Part shown: piece after piece, positions 17,480-27,872 of the stretch | Layout of the letters: every line of letters begins with the position of its first letter | How positions within the stretch are numbered: the stretch's first letter is position 1 | Origin: Bacilli bacterium | GTDB lineage: Bacteria; Bacillota_I; Bacilli_A; RF39; UBA660 | Length of the DNA: 64,000 nucleotides | Reading direction: 5' to 3' | NCBI GenBank assembly: GCA_017542065.1 | Contig: JAFXXX010000007.1 | Span: forward strand, 2,182-66,181 | Made by a program: the position numbers and the translations under genes | Notes under the pieces: generated by a model | What the model was told of the DNA's origin: nothing | The model's database searches: none | What the model saw: only the letters and a program-made list of their open reading frames with translations

Positions 17480-18178
17480 TTAACCCCTCATTACTAATTG
17501 TAATATAAGTAATATAGTATTATGCATTAAATGAAATTGTATTGTAGCAAATATATTGTCTGTTTTAATATATATATAACCAAATGATAATCCTACTACC
17601 ATATATGGTATACCCATTAAAATATCATGAAATGATGCATCTAAAGTTACTACATGTACTAACCCAAATATAATTGCACTAATTAAAATATATGCTATTT
17701 TAACTATTTTATCATTACCCATAATTATTTTTCTTATACATTTTCTAAATAAAATTTCCTCTACAAAAGGTGCATATAAAATAGTAGATATAGTCATATA
17801 AACAGGTAATCTTTTAATTAACTCTCTAACTAATTCTTCATTTGCACTAGTACTCATATTAGTTATTTTAGATAATACTACATTAAGTACTCCCATAACT
17901 AATACAGAACCAATAAATAATCCTACATATTTAAAGAACCATTTTCCTTTATTATTAATAAACTCTTTAAACTCTTTTATTAATTCATTTTTATATATTA
18001 AAAATAATACTCCCATGAATAATAGATCTACTACTATTAAAACTATATTTAATGGTATAGGACTTAAATTATCAATATCTATATTACATAAGTTAAGTAT
18101 TTCACTAATTAATGGACTAAATAAAAAATATAATAGGAATGCTAAAAGTGCTATAAATATATCTTTATATTTTTTCAT
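17480..18178 (-). CDS. CPBP-family intramembrane glutamic endopeptidase (CAAX protease/Abi)
   Basis: The motifs EEILFRK and FGLVH, plus a later H, form the CPBP signature. The protein is polytopic. Confidence 0.8.
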   Translation of the reverse strand: MKKYKDIFIALLAFLLYFLFSPLISEILNLCNIDIDNLSPIPLNIVLIVVDLLFMGVLFLIYKNELIKEFKEFINNKGKWFFKYVGLFIGSVLVMGVLNVVLSKITNMSTSANEELVRELIKRLPVYMTISTILYAPFVEEILFRKCIRKIIMGNDKIVKIAYILISAIIFGLVHVVTLDASFHDILMGIPYMVVGLSFGYIYIKTDNIFATIQFHLMHNTILLILQLVMRG

Positions 18179-18237
18179 AAGTACCTACTTTCATATCTAA
18201 TTATATCATTTTTCCTTATATTATTAAACAAAAAGTG

Positions 18238-18266
18238 TTTACATTATGTATATTCTTTGCTATAAT
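18238..18266 (+). promoter_or_regulatory. Promoter of the rimP-nusA-infB operon
   Basis: TTTACA, 17-nt spacer, TATAAT. A leader hairpin (agagtgagg-tgat-cctcactct) lies at 18285-18306. Confidence 0.5.
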
Positions 18267-18327
18267 CATTTGTAACAACGAAGAAGAGTGAGGTGATCCT
18301 CACTCTTTAATATTGTATGGAGGAAAT

Positions 18328-18573
18328 ATGCTAGAAAAGGTTAAAAGTCTAATTGAAGAACCATTATCAAAAGAAAACATTGAAGTAGTTAGTGTTACTT
18401 TTGAAGATATTGATGGAGCAAAAAATTTAGTTATAGTAATTGATACTAAACCATATGTTGATTTAAATACTTGTGTTAAGGCAACTCATATTATTAATCC
18501 TATTCTTGATGAAGCGGATTTAATTGAAGAAAGTTACATACTTAATGTATGTTCGAAGGGAGAAGATGAATAA
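18328..18573 (+). CDS. rimP: Ribosome maturation factor RimP, N-terminal domain only (about 81 aa). The ORF track begins at TTG 18313.
   Basis: N-domain similarity (EPLSKENIEVVSVTFEDIDGAKNLVIVIDTKPYVDLNTCVKATHIINPILD). The stop overlaps the nusA ATG (TAATG). Confidence 0.7.
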   Translation: MLEKVKSLIEEPLSKENIEVVSVTFEDIDGAKNLVIVIDTKPYVDLNTCVKATHIINPILDEADLIEESYILNVCSKGEDE

Positions 18574-19682
18574 TGAATGGTAAAGAATTATTAAAAGCAT
18601 TAGCAGTTCTATCTGAAGAAAAAGGTTTATCAGAAGATGAATTATTATCTTATACTGAAGCTGCTTTAAATGCTGCTTATAAAAGAGAATATAATGCTAC
18701 TAATAGTAAAGTAGTTATTGATAAGAATACTGGAGATATTAAAGTATTTTCTTATAAAAAGATAGTTGAAGAAATTAATCCAGAGGAAGATGAAGATTCA
18801 CAAGTATTATTAGAAGAACTTGGTGATAATAAAGAAGGATTAAAAGTTGGAGACGAAATAGAAGAAGAGGTTACTCCTAAAGATTTTGGTAGAGTAGCTG
18901 CTGGAGCCGCAAAACAAGTATTAGTACAAAAAGTTAGAGAAGCTGAAAGAGAAAGTATCATGGAAGAATTCAAAGATAAAGAAGGAGAATTACTTGTTGG
19001 TACATTATCTAGAGAAGATGTTTCTAATTATTATGTAGATCTTGGTAAAGCACATGGAATACTTCCAAAGAAAGAAATTATTCCTGGTGAAGAACTTACT
19101 ATGGGTTCATCTATAAAAGTATATGTTACTAAGATTGAAGAAGGACAAAAAGGTGGTCCTGTTATATTCTTATCTAGAACTCATTATGGCTTTGTTAAGA
19201 GATTATTAGAAGTTGAAATACCAGAATTATCAGATGGTATAGTAATGCTTTATTCTATAGCTAGAGATCCAGGATCAAGAAGTAAGATAGCTGTTTATTC
19301 AGAAAATGATAAAGTAGATGCTATTGGAGCTTGTATTGGTGAAAAAGGTATTAGAATTAATAATATTTCTAAAGAATTAAATGGTGAAAAAATAGACGTT
19401 GTTAAATATGATACTGATTTAGTTCAATTTATTAAAAATGCATTAAGTCCTGCAAAAGAAGTTGAAGTATATATTGTTGATAAAAAGGATAAGAGAGCTA
19501 TTGCAGTAGCTGAAGGAGATAATCTTTCACTAGCAATTGGTAAAAAGGGACAAAATGTTAAATTAGCAGCTAGACTTACTAAATGTAAGATTGATGTTAT
19601 GACTAAAGAGCAAGTAGAAGAAGAAGGAATTAACCTTTATAAATACTACGAAGTAGAGGAAGAAGAATCTACTGAAGAATAA
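18573..19682 (+). CDS. nusA: Transcription termination/antitermination factor NusA
   Basis: Has the N-terminal domain, an S1 domain and tandem KH domains. Canonical position after rimP. Confidence 0.95.
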   Translation: MNGKELLKALAVLSEEKGLSEDELLSYTEAALNAAYKREYNATNSKVVIDKNTGDIKVFSYKKIVEEINPEEDEDSQVLLEELGDNKEGLKVGDEIEEEVTPKDFGRVAAGAAKQVLVQKVREAERESIMEEFKDKEGELLVGTLSREDVSNYYVDLGKAHGILPKKEIIPGEELTMGSSIKVYVTKIEEGQKGGPVIFLSRTHYGFVKRLLEVEIPELSDGIVMLYSIARDPGSRSKIAVYSENDKVDAIGACIGEKGIRINNISKELNGEKIDVVKYDTDLVQFIKNALSPAKEVEVYIVDKKDKRAIAVAEGDNLSLAIGKKGQNVKLAARLTKCKIDVMTKEQVEEEGINLYKYYEVEEEESTEE

Positions 19683-19692
19683 GGAGGTAACA

Positions 19693-19950
19693 ATGAAGAA
19701 AGTGCCACTTAGAACTTGTGTAATAACAAGAGAAAAACTAGAAAAGAAAGATCTAGTTAGAGTAGTTAAGAATAACGAAGGGGAAGTTTTCGTTGATGAG
19801 ACTGGAAGAGCTAATGGTAGAGGAGCTTATATCAAAAAAGATTTAGAAGTACTTGATAAAGCAATTAAGACTGGTGCTCTTGAAAGACATTTAGAATGTA
19901 AAATACCTAACGAGATATATGATGAATTAAAAAATATTATAGAAGGGTAG
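19693..19950 (+). CDS. ylxR: YlxR/DUF448 RNA-binding protein
   Basis: MKKVPLRTCVITREK...GRGAYI motif. Located between nusA and infB. Confidence 0.8.
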   Translation: MKKVPLRTCVITREKLEKKDLVRVVKNNEGEVFVDETGRANGRGAYIKKDLEVLDKAIKTGALERHLECKIPNEIYDELKNIIEG

Positions 19951-22112
19951 TGATTATTATGATGAGCGTAAAAGAATATGCTTTAGATATTAATAGATCA
20001 GTTGAAGAAATAATTAAGAAAGCAAATGAACTTGGATACACTGTTAGTAATGAAGATGATATCTTAAGTGAAGATGCTGTTATAGACTTAGATACTGTTT
20101 TAACTATGAATAATGCTGAAGAAGTAGAACCTGATGAAGAAAAAGTATACATGGAAGAAAACAGTGAAGAAAAAGACTACGAATTAGAAGATGAATTAGA
20201 TGATAAAGCTGAAGTATTAGCTAGTGCCTCAAATCTTAAATTTAAAGATGAAGGAAAAGTTCAAAAAGTTAAGAAGAAAGCTGTTGAACAAGAAGATATT
20301 AGTGCTAAGAAAAAAGCTATGTATAAAAATAAAACTAAACTTCAAGAAAATGTTGGATCAGCTGATGATAACACTATAGTTTATGAAGAAAATATGACTG
20401 TTAGTACTCTAGCTGAAAAGTTAAATGTTCCAGCAGTAGAAATCATTAAGAAATTAATGAGTCTTGGAGTAATGGCAAGTTTAAATAATACAGTTAGTTT
20501 TGATGATGCAGAACTTGTTTGTATAGATTACGATAAAACACTTAAGAGTTTTGAATCACAAGATATAACTAACTTTGAAAAATTAGAAATAACTGATGAT
20601 GCAAAAGATCTAGAATTAAGAGCTCCTGTAATAACTATTATGGGACACGTTGACCATGGTAAAACTTCATTATTAGACTATATTAGAAATAGTTCTATTA
20701 TTGAAGGAGAATTTGGTGGAATCACTCAACATATTGGAGCTTACCAAATAGATCATAATGGTAAAAAATTAACATTTATAGATACTCCTGGACATGCTGC
20801 ATTTACAGAAATGAGAGCAAGAGGAGCTTCTATTACAGATATAGTTATTATTATAGTAGCTGCTGATGATGGTGTTATGCCTCAAACAATTGAAGCTATA
20901 GACCATGCTAAAGCTGCTAATGTACCTATAGTAGTAGCAGTTAATAAAATAGATAAACCAGATGCTAATCCAGAAAGAGTAATCGAAGAAGTATCTAAAC
21001 AAGGTTTAATTCCAGAAGCTTGGGGTGGAGATACTGTTTATGTACCTATATCTGCTAAGACTGGTGAAGGAGTAGATAAACTTCTTGAAAATATTGAATT
21101 AATTGCAGAAGTAAGAGAATTAAAAGCTAATCCAAATAGATATGCTTTAGGTACAGTTCTAGAATCTAGACTAGATAAAAACTATGGACCAACAGCTACA
21201 TTATTAGTTCAAAATGGAACACTTAGAATTGGTGACCCAGTAGTAGTTGGTACTTCATTTGGTAGAGTTAGAACTCTTAAAAATGATTTAGGAAATGAAA
21301 TAGTTGAAGCTTTACCTTCTACTCCAGTAGAGGTAACAGGACTATCTGATGTTCCTACAGCAGGTGATAGATTTATGGCTTACTCAAACGAAAAAGAAGC
21401 TAAAGCTATCGCTGAAAATAGAAAAGAAAAAGAAAAACTTAAGAAAGATAAATCTGGTTCTGCAGTTTCTTTAGATGATATCTTTAATAGAATTAAAGAA
21501 GGTGCTAAAGAAATCAATGTTGTTTTAAAAACAGACGTTAATGGTACTGAAGAAGCAGTTAAGAATGCTTTAACTAAAGTTAAAGTTGAAGATGTTTCAG
21601 TTAATGTAATAAGAAGTGGTGTAGGAGCTATTACTGAAAGTGATATAGTTCTAGCTTCAGCATCTGATGCTATAGTAATTGGTTTCAATGTTAGACCTGA
21701 TACTAAAGTAACTGAAATAGCTAAATCTTATGGTGTTGATATTAGATTATATAACGTAATTTATAAACTAGTTGAAGAACTAGAAGACGCTATGAAGGGT
21801 ATGCTTGATCCAGAATATGAAGAAGTAGTTATTGGATCTGCTAAAGTGCTTCAATTATTTAAGTTCTCTAAAGTTGGAACTATCGCAGGTTCTAAAGTAG
21901 ATACAGGCGTTATTAAGAGTAATGCTAAAGCTAGACTTATTCGTGATGGTGTAGTTGTATACGATGGAGAAATAAATAGTTTACAAAGAGAAAAAGATAA
22001 TGTTAAAGAAGTTAAGAAAGGTTTCGAATGTGGTATTACACTTGAAAACTATTCTGATATTAAAGTAAATGATGTAATCGAAGCATATGAAATGCAAGAG
22101 GTAAAAAGATAA
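19950..22112 (+). CDS. infB: Translation initiation factor IF-2. The likely start is ATG at 19959; the ORF track begins at a GTG that overlaps the ylxR stop.
   Basis: G-domain motifs [14 protein letters not shown] and NKID. The C-terminal beta-barrel domains are present. Confidence 0.95.
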   Translation: MIIMMSVKEYALDINRSVEEIIKKANELGYTVSNEDDILSEDAVIDLDTVLTMNNAEEVEPDEEKVYMEENSEEKDYELEDELDDKAEVLASASNLKFKDEGKVQKVKKKAVEQEDISAKKKAMYKNKTKLQENVGSADDNTIVYEENMTVSTLAEKLNVPAVEIIKKLMSLGVMASLNNTVSFDDAELVCIDYDKTLKSFESQDITNFEKLEITDDAKDLELRAPVITIMGHVDHGKTSLLDYIRNSSIIEGEFGGITQHIGAYQIDHNGKKLTFIDTPGHAAFTEMRARGASITDIVIIIVAADDGVMPQTIEAIDHAKAANVPIVVAVNKIDKPDANPERVIEEVSKQGLIPEAWGGDTVYVPISAKTGEGVDKLLENIELIAEVRELKANPNRYALGTVLESRLDKNYGPTATLLVQNGTLRIGDPVVVGTSFGRVRTLKNDLGNEIVEALPSTPVEVTGLSDVPTAGDRFMAYSNEKEAKAIAENRKEKEKLKKDKSGSAVSLDDIFNRIKEGAKEINVVLKTDVNGTEEAVKNALTKVKVEDVSVNVIRSGVGAITESDIVLASASDAIVIGFNVRPDTKVTEIAKSYGVDIRLYNVIYKLVEELEDAMKGMLDPEYEEVVIGSAKVLQLFKFSKVGTIAGSKVDTGVIKSNAKARLIRDGVVVYDGEINSLQREKDNVKEVKKGFECGITLENYSDIKVNDVIEAYEMQEVKR

Positions 22113-22453
22113 TGAGTATACATACTAAAAGATTAGAAGGTATGCTTATTAGAGAAATAAGTGATATTCTTATGACTGAAGCTAAAGATGAAGATCTAAA
22201 GTTTGTTACAATTACTTCTATGAACTTAGCTAATGATTTATCATATGCTAAAGTATACTTTCAAACATTAAATGAAGATAAAGAAAAAATAACTAAAGAA
22301 TTAAATGATGCATCTGGCTTTATTAGAGCAATTCTTAAAAAAAGAAAACTAGATATTAGAATTATGCCAGAACTTAAATTCATCTATGATGATTCAATGG
22401 AATATGGTAATAATATTGATAGTTTAATAGACAAAATAAAAAAAGAAGATTAA
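22112..22453 (+). CDS. rbfA: Ribosome-binding factor A
   Basis: 113 aa with KH-like fold motifs. The start overlaps the infB stop. Confidence 0.9.
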   Translation: MSIHTKRLEGMLIREISDILMTEAKDEDLKFVTITSMNLANDLSYAKVYFQTLNEDKEKITKELNDASGFIRAILKKRKLDIRIMPELKFIYDDSMEYGNNIDSLIDKIKKED

Positions 22454-22468
22454 ATCTTCTTTTTTTTA
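22443..22468. terminator. Bidirectional terminator after rbfA
   Basis: aagaagat-taa-atcttctt hairpin followed by a T-run of 8. Confidence 0.7.
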
Positions 22469-23020
22469 TTACTCAAATACTCTTACTATTGCTTTAATAT
22501 TCTTTTTAAATATAAATACTTCAATTATATCTACAATTGCAAATAATATAAATGATATACCAAGCATAAATATAGTAATATTACTAATTGATAAATAAAC
22601 AATTAGATATAAACCAATTACTATAGTTGCTAAAGATAATACATAAGTTGGAACCCAAGCTTTATTATTAGTATCTTTTAATGCTAAACTCATTCTAAGT
22701 TTAAATGTAGAACTGATAATAAACCAAAGACCAATTATAATTGGTAATACAATCATAGATTCTCTATTAATAGCAATTATTACACCAAGTATTATAGATA
22801 ATAAACCAGATGTAAATCCGTCAAAGAAATAAAATGGTTTAAATGCTTTATAATCATCAATCATATTAGCACCACCATAGAAAATGAATATACCTGCTGT
22901 TATTAAAGCTAATCTATCAATTTTATTATTTCTAAGAATAAACATAGTTATTCCAAGAATTATAAACCAGACTGAAGTTATAAATGAAATATTCATCATT
23001 TTAGAGAATTTGCTCTTCAT
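22469..23020 (-). CDS. HdeD/DUF308-family membrane protein
   Basis: 183 aa with six hydrophobic helices arranged as the paired repeats typical of DUF308. Confidence 0.55.
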   Translation of the reverse strand: MKSKFSKMMNISFITSVWFIILGITMFILRNNKIDRLALITAGIFIFYGGANMIDDYKAFKPFYFFDGFTSGLLSIILGVIIAINRESMIVLPIIIGLWFIISSTFKLRMSLALKDTNNKAWVPTYVLSLATIVIGLYLIVYLSISNITIFMLGISFILFAIVDIIEVFIFKKNIKAIVRVFE

Positions 23021-23102
23021 ACAATCCCCTCCTATTATATTTTAATTTTATTAAAAAATATTTTAAAAGTCAATGGTAGTTCTCTTGTAAAGAGTTAATA
23101 AA

Positions 23103-24575
23103 ATGTATATGAGTAATACATATTTAGATCACAATTATTATTTAAATAATAGAAAAAGATTTAATATATTTTTTAATATATATTTAAGGTATAAGATAGA
23201 TAAGAATAATGAATTATTTATTAAAAATAATATCAAGTTTTTAGATGATAAATTAAACTATTATCAAAAGAAATCTATTTTAATAGATGATAATATTCTT
23301 TTAGTAGCAGGAGCAGGTTCAGGTAAAACTACTACTATTATTAATAAGATTAATTATCTTATCGAAGATAAACATATAAATGGGAAAGATATTCTTTGTT
23401 TATCATTTACTAGTAATACTGTGGAAGAATTAAAAAAGAAGATTAAATATGATATAGATATTTATACATTTCATAAATTAGCATTAGAGTTATTAAATGA
23501 TCATAATATTTATTATGGTATATCATCTGATTATCTAGAGTATATTATCAATGAATTAACATATAAATATGATTTAGATTATATTAGGAAAGTTATACTT
23601 TCATTTATTAATATGTATAAACAAAAAAATATTCATGATAATAAATTACAAAGATTATCTAATAAGAATAATTTATTAAAGTTAATAAATGAAATATATA
23701 TTATTTATCAAAATGAATTAAACTCCCAAGGTTTACTAGATTTTAATGATATGATTAATAAGTGCATAAATGTAATAAATGATAAGGGACTAAAGAGATT
23801 TTATAAATATATAATCATTGATGAATACCAAGATATTTCATTTGAAAGATATAAGTTAATAAAAACAATTAAGGATATTTGTAATAGTAAAGTATTTGCA
23901 GTCGGTGATGATTATCAATCTATATATGCTTTTTCTGGTTCTGATATTAATATGTTTTTATATTTTAAAAAATACTTTGGATATTCAAAAATAATTAAAC
24001 TAAGACATACTTATAGAAATAGTTTAGAATTATCTAATGTTTCAACAAGATTTATCTTAAAAAATCTTAAACAAACAAGAAAAAGAATAATATCAGATAA
24101 ACATAATTCTAAACCAATAAAGATTATCTATTACAACCATAACGAAGATATTCTTTTAAAAAGATTTCTTGATACGGTAAATACTGATATAACAATTCTT
24201 ATCAGAAATAATAAAGATATTAACAGTATTAAATGTCCAGAAATTGATATTACTTCAGAAGAAATAGTATATAAAGGTAAACATATTAAATATATGACTG
24301 TTCATAAGTCTAAAGGATTAGAATTTGAAAATGTAGTTATATTAAATATGGAAGATTCATATCTTGGATTTCCAAATAAAATGAAAAATCATAAGATATT
24401 TAAATATATAAACGTTAAAGATAATTCTATATTTGAAGAGAGAAGACTCTTTTATGTAGCACTTACTAGATCTAAAAATAATGTATATCTTTTTACTAAT
24501 AAAAATAAGCCATCTATATTTGTTAGAGAACTCTTATTAGATAGTAAAAAGTATATTGAATTTATTTCTTTATAA
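23103..24575 (+). CDS. UvrD/Rep-family superfamily 1 helicase, short form of 490 aa
   Basis: Walker A AGAGSGKTT, Walker B IIDEYQD, motif III VGDDYQSIY, motif VI VALTRSK. Confidence 0.75.
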   Translation: MYMSNTYLDHNYYLNNRKRFNIFFNIYLRYKIDKNNELFIKNNIKFLDDKLNYYQKKSILIDDNILLVAGAGSGKTTTIINKINYLIEDKHINGKDILCLSFTSNTVEELKKKIKYDIDIYTFHKLALELLNDHNIYYGISSDYLEYIINELTYKYDLDYIRKVILSFINMYKQKNIHDNKLQRLSNKNNLLKLINEIYIIYQNELNSQGLLDFNDMINKCINVINDKGLKRFYKYIIIDEYQDISFERYKLIKTIKDICNSKVFAVGDDYQSIYAFSGSDINMFLYFKKYFGYSKIIKLRHTYRNSLELSNVSTRFILKNLKQTRKRIISDKHNSKPIKIIYYNHNEDILLKRFLDTVNTDITILIRNNKDINSIKCPEIDITSEEIVYKGKHIKYMTVHKSKGLEFENVVILNMEDSYLGFPNKMKNHKIFKYINVKDNSIFEERRLFYVALTRSKNNVYLFTNKNKPSIFVRELLLDSKKYIEFISL

Positions 24576-24600
24576 ATGGTATAATTAACTTGGTGATAGT

Positions 24601-25548
24601 ATGGATAATTTAAAGAAATGCGTGCTTATACACAATAGTAAAAGTGGAATTGGAGTAAATAAAATTCCATATGAAAGAGTTATGGATATTGCATATTCTT
24701 ATGGGTATTCCATGATTATAGAAAAAACTAGAAGAAAAGGACATGCTGCTGATTTAGTAAGAGAATTACCCGATGATGTAGATTTAGTTATAGCTGCTGG
24801 TGGAGATGGAACATTTAATGAAGCCGTTACTGGTAATCTTCAAAGAAAGAAGAAACTAGTATTATCACATCTTCCTATAGGAACTACTAATGATGTTGGA
24901 ACTATGTATGGTTTTTCTAAGAATATAGAAGTAGACCTTGAATGGATCTTTACAGGTGTTAAGAAAAATATAGATGTTATTATGGTTAATGGAACTCCAT
25001 TTGTTTATTGTGCAGCCTATGGAAATCTAGTAAATATTTCATATGAGACTCCAAGAAAACTAAAAGAGTTTTTAGGAAGAATAGGATACTTTTTATTTGC
25101 TACTAAGGAAATAAATGAAGAAATCAAAACTAATCATTTAAAGATTACTCAAAATGGTAAAACACATGAAGGTGATTATTCATTTATGTTTATTACTAAT
25201 AGTTCTAGAGTAGCAGGTGTTAATAATTTATATCCTGATGCTAAACTTGATGATAATAAATTTGAAGTACTTCTTTGTAAATTAACTTCTAAACCTGCTA
25301 TAGTTAAATCATTATTCTATTTAAAGAATACAAATGATTTAAATAATATTCCTGGATGTGAATATTATAGATTATCAGAATTAACTATAGAGTTTGAAAA
25401 TACACCAAGTAAGTCTTGGGGTGTTGATGGTGAAGAATTAAAATCAAAAGAAAAAGTATTCCATTTTACTGTTAATAAAGATTTATATGCTGTACTACCA
25501 GAATATAATGTTAATAAATTATTTATAGAAACAAAAGATAATGAATAG
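24601..25548 (+). CDS. dagK: Diacylglycerol kinase-family lipid kinase (DagK/YegS-like)
   Basis: DAGK catalytic motif VIAAGGDGTFNE. Confidence 0.8.
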   Translation: MDNLKKCVLIHNSKSGIGVNKIPYERVMDIAYSYGYSMIIEKTRRKGHAADLVRELPDDVDLVIAAGGDGTFNEAVTGNLQRKKKLVLSHLPIGTTNDVGTMYGFSKNIEVDLEWIFTGVKKNIDVIMVNGTPFVYCAAYGNLVNISYETPRKLKEFLGRIGYFLFATKEINEEIKTNHLKITQNGKTHEGDYSFMFITNSSRVAGVNNLYPDAKLDDNKFEVLLCKLTSKPAIVKSLFYLKNTNDLNNIPGCEYYRLSELTIEFENTPSKSWGVDGEELKSKEKVFHFTVNKDLYAVLPEYNVNKLFIETKDNE

Positions 25549-25559
25549 AAGGTGATGAT

Positions 25560-27860
25560 ATGAATTTAACTAATTACGATTTAGTTATTACTAGTAATTC
25601 TAATAAAAAAAGAATTCTAAGAAAACTAAATGAAGAGAAAAAATTAGTTAATGTTAAATTCATGTCATTAGATGAACTTCTAAGTTCATTATCTTTTTCT
25701 TTTGACCAAAAATCTATTTATCATGTTATGAAACAATATGATATTAAATATGATAATGCTAAGGTTTATTTAGATAATATTAGATATGTATCTGATAAAC
25801 TTAATAACGATAAGATGAATAAGTTAAGAGAAATAAAAGAACTTGTTAAAGATGATTTAATCATTGATGATGATTTTAAAAAATATATTAAAGATAAAAA
25901 AGTATGTATATATGGTTATGATTACATAACTAATTATCAAAAGAGTGTTATAGAAGGTATTAATTATAAGGTAGTTAATAATCCTGTGGATAGTAATTCT
26001 CATAATATTTATGGGTTTAATAAAATAGATGATGAAATAGTATTTGTTTTATCAAGTATTAATAGATTAATTAGAGATGGAATAGATATTAACAAGATTA
26101 AGCTAATAAATGTAACAGATGATTATTTATTTAGATTAAAATTTATTTCAAATTTATTTAATATAAGAATTAATTTTAATGAAAGTAAAACTATCTATGA
26201 AACATTAGAGTTTAATAATTTACTTAATAGTTATACACAAGATATTGAATTAAAAAGTAATAACAAAGATATTCTAAATAGATTTGTATCTATAGTTAAT
26301 AAGTATAGTTTTATTGATGATAAAGATGAACAAATATCTATGATTATTAATGAAGCTAAAAACTCTAAAATAAACTCTGATGAATATGAAAATTCTGTGG
26401 ATATTATTAATATTTCTGAATTAGAAGACGATGAGTATGGTTTCTATTTAGGATTCACTGAAGAATCAGCATACATTAAATATAAAGATGAAGATTTCTT
26501 TAGTGATAAAGAAAAGAAGATTCTTGGATTTGAGACTTCTGATGAATTAAATAAGATTATGAAAGAGAATCTAATTAAGTCTATTAAGTCTGCTAAGAAC
26601 TTAACAATTACATATTCATTAGCATCAACATTTAATATATATTATCCATCTAGCTTAATAGATGAACTAGGTTATGTTGTAATTAAAGATGAAAAGTATG
26701 ATTATGCTTGTTCAAATTTATATAACAGTTTACTTCTATATAAAGATATAGATAAATATATTAAATATGGAGATATTACATCAGAACTTGAATTATTATT
26801 CTCTAATTATGAATATAGTGATCCATTTGATAATTCGTTCAAAGGAATTAATTCAAATAAATTAATTAAATATATTGATAACTTATCACTTAGTTATTCA
26901 TCACTTAATAAGTATTATGAATGCAAGTTTAAATATTACTTAGAAAATATATTGAAGATAACTGAGGATGAAGAAACTAATGCGATTGTTATTGGAAATT
27001 TATTCCATGAAGTATTATCTAAGATGAGTAATCCTTCATTTGATTTTGATAAAGAATATGAAGAATCAACTAAAGAATTAGAAATGACTAATAAAGATAA
27101 ATTCTTTATTAATAAATTAAAAGAAGAATTAAGATTTGTAATTAATACTATAAATAAACAATATAAATATATGTCATTTGATAAGTCTATCGAAGAAGAA
27201 AGAGTAGCTATCAATTTTGATAAAACTATTAAGATTACATTTAAAGGATTCATTGATAAAGCTCTTTATAAAGAAGAAGATGGAAAAATATATATGATAA
27301 TTATTGATTACAAGACAGGTGATACTAAACTTGATTTAAATAATAATTATTATGGATTAAATCTTCAATTACCTGTATATCTATATTTATCAGATCATAT
27401 TAATAATTTAGATAATGTTGAGGTACTTGGCTTCTATATTCAAAGAATATTAAATGGCGTAATTACTCAGGATAAGAATAAGAAACTTGATGATATTAGA
27501 AAAGAGAATTTAAAACTTCAAGGTTATACTATTTCAAATACTGAAAAGACTAAATTAGTAGATAGTAGTTATGAAAAAAGTGAAATAATTAAATCTTTAG
27601 GTTTAACTCAATCAGGTAGTTTCTATTCATATTCAAAAGTATTATCTGAAGTAGAAATGAATAACTTAAAGACTCTAGTTGAATCAAAAATAAATGAAAT
27701 GATTGAAGGAATATTATCTGCATCATTTGAAATTGATCCAAAGAAATTAGATGATGAAGATATGTCATGTAAGTATTGTAAATATAAAGATATATGCTTT
27801 AAAAAAGAAAAAGATTATAAGAAATTAGATAAAAAAGATTATAAAGAATTTTTAAATTAG
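25560..27860 (+). CDS. addB: AddB/RexB-type helicase-nuclease subunit. Nuclease and Fe-S domains are present, with no Walker A motif.
   Basis: RecB-family nuclease motif IIDYKTGD. C-terminal Cys cluster CKYCKYKDIC. Located immediately upstream of addA. Confidence 0.75.
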   Translation: MNLTNYDLVITSNSNKKRILRKLNEEKKLVNVKFMSLDELLSSLSFSFDQKSIYHVMKQYDIKYDNAKVYLDNIRYVSDKLNNDKMNKLREIKELVKDDLIIDDDFKKYIKDKKVCIYGYDYITNYQKSVIEGINYKVVNNPVDSNSHNIYGFNKIDDEIVFVLSSINRLIRDGIDINKIKLINVTDDYLFRLKFISNLFNIRINFNESKTIYETLEFNNLLNSYTQDIELKSNNKDILNRFVSIVNKYSFIDDKDEQISMIINEAKNSKINSDEYENSVDIINISELEDDEYGFYLGFTEESAYIKYKDEDFFSDKEKKILGFETSDELNKIMKENLIKSIKSAKNLTITYSLASTFNIYYPSSLIDELGYVVIKDEKYDYACSNLYNSLLLYKDIDKYIKYGDITSELELLFSNYEYSDPFDNSFKGINSNKLIKYIDNLSLSYSSLNKYYECKFKYYLENILKITEDEETNAIVIGNLFHEVLSKMSNPSFDFDKEYEESTKELEMTNKDKFFINKLKEELRFVINTINKQYKYMSFDKSIEEERVAINFDKTIKITFKGFIDKALYKEEDGKIYMIIIDYKTGDTKLDLNNNYYGLNLQLPVYLYLSDHINNLDNVEVLGFYIQRILNGVITQDKNKKLDDIRKENLKLQGYTISNTEKTKLVDSSYEKSEIIKSLGLTQSGSFYSYSKVLSEVEMNNLKTLVESKINEMIEGILSASFEIDPKKLDDEDMSCKYCKYKDICFKKEKDYKKLDKKDYKEFLN

Positions 27861-27872
27861 GAGGTGATTATT

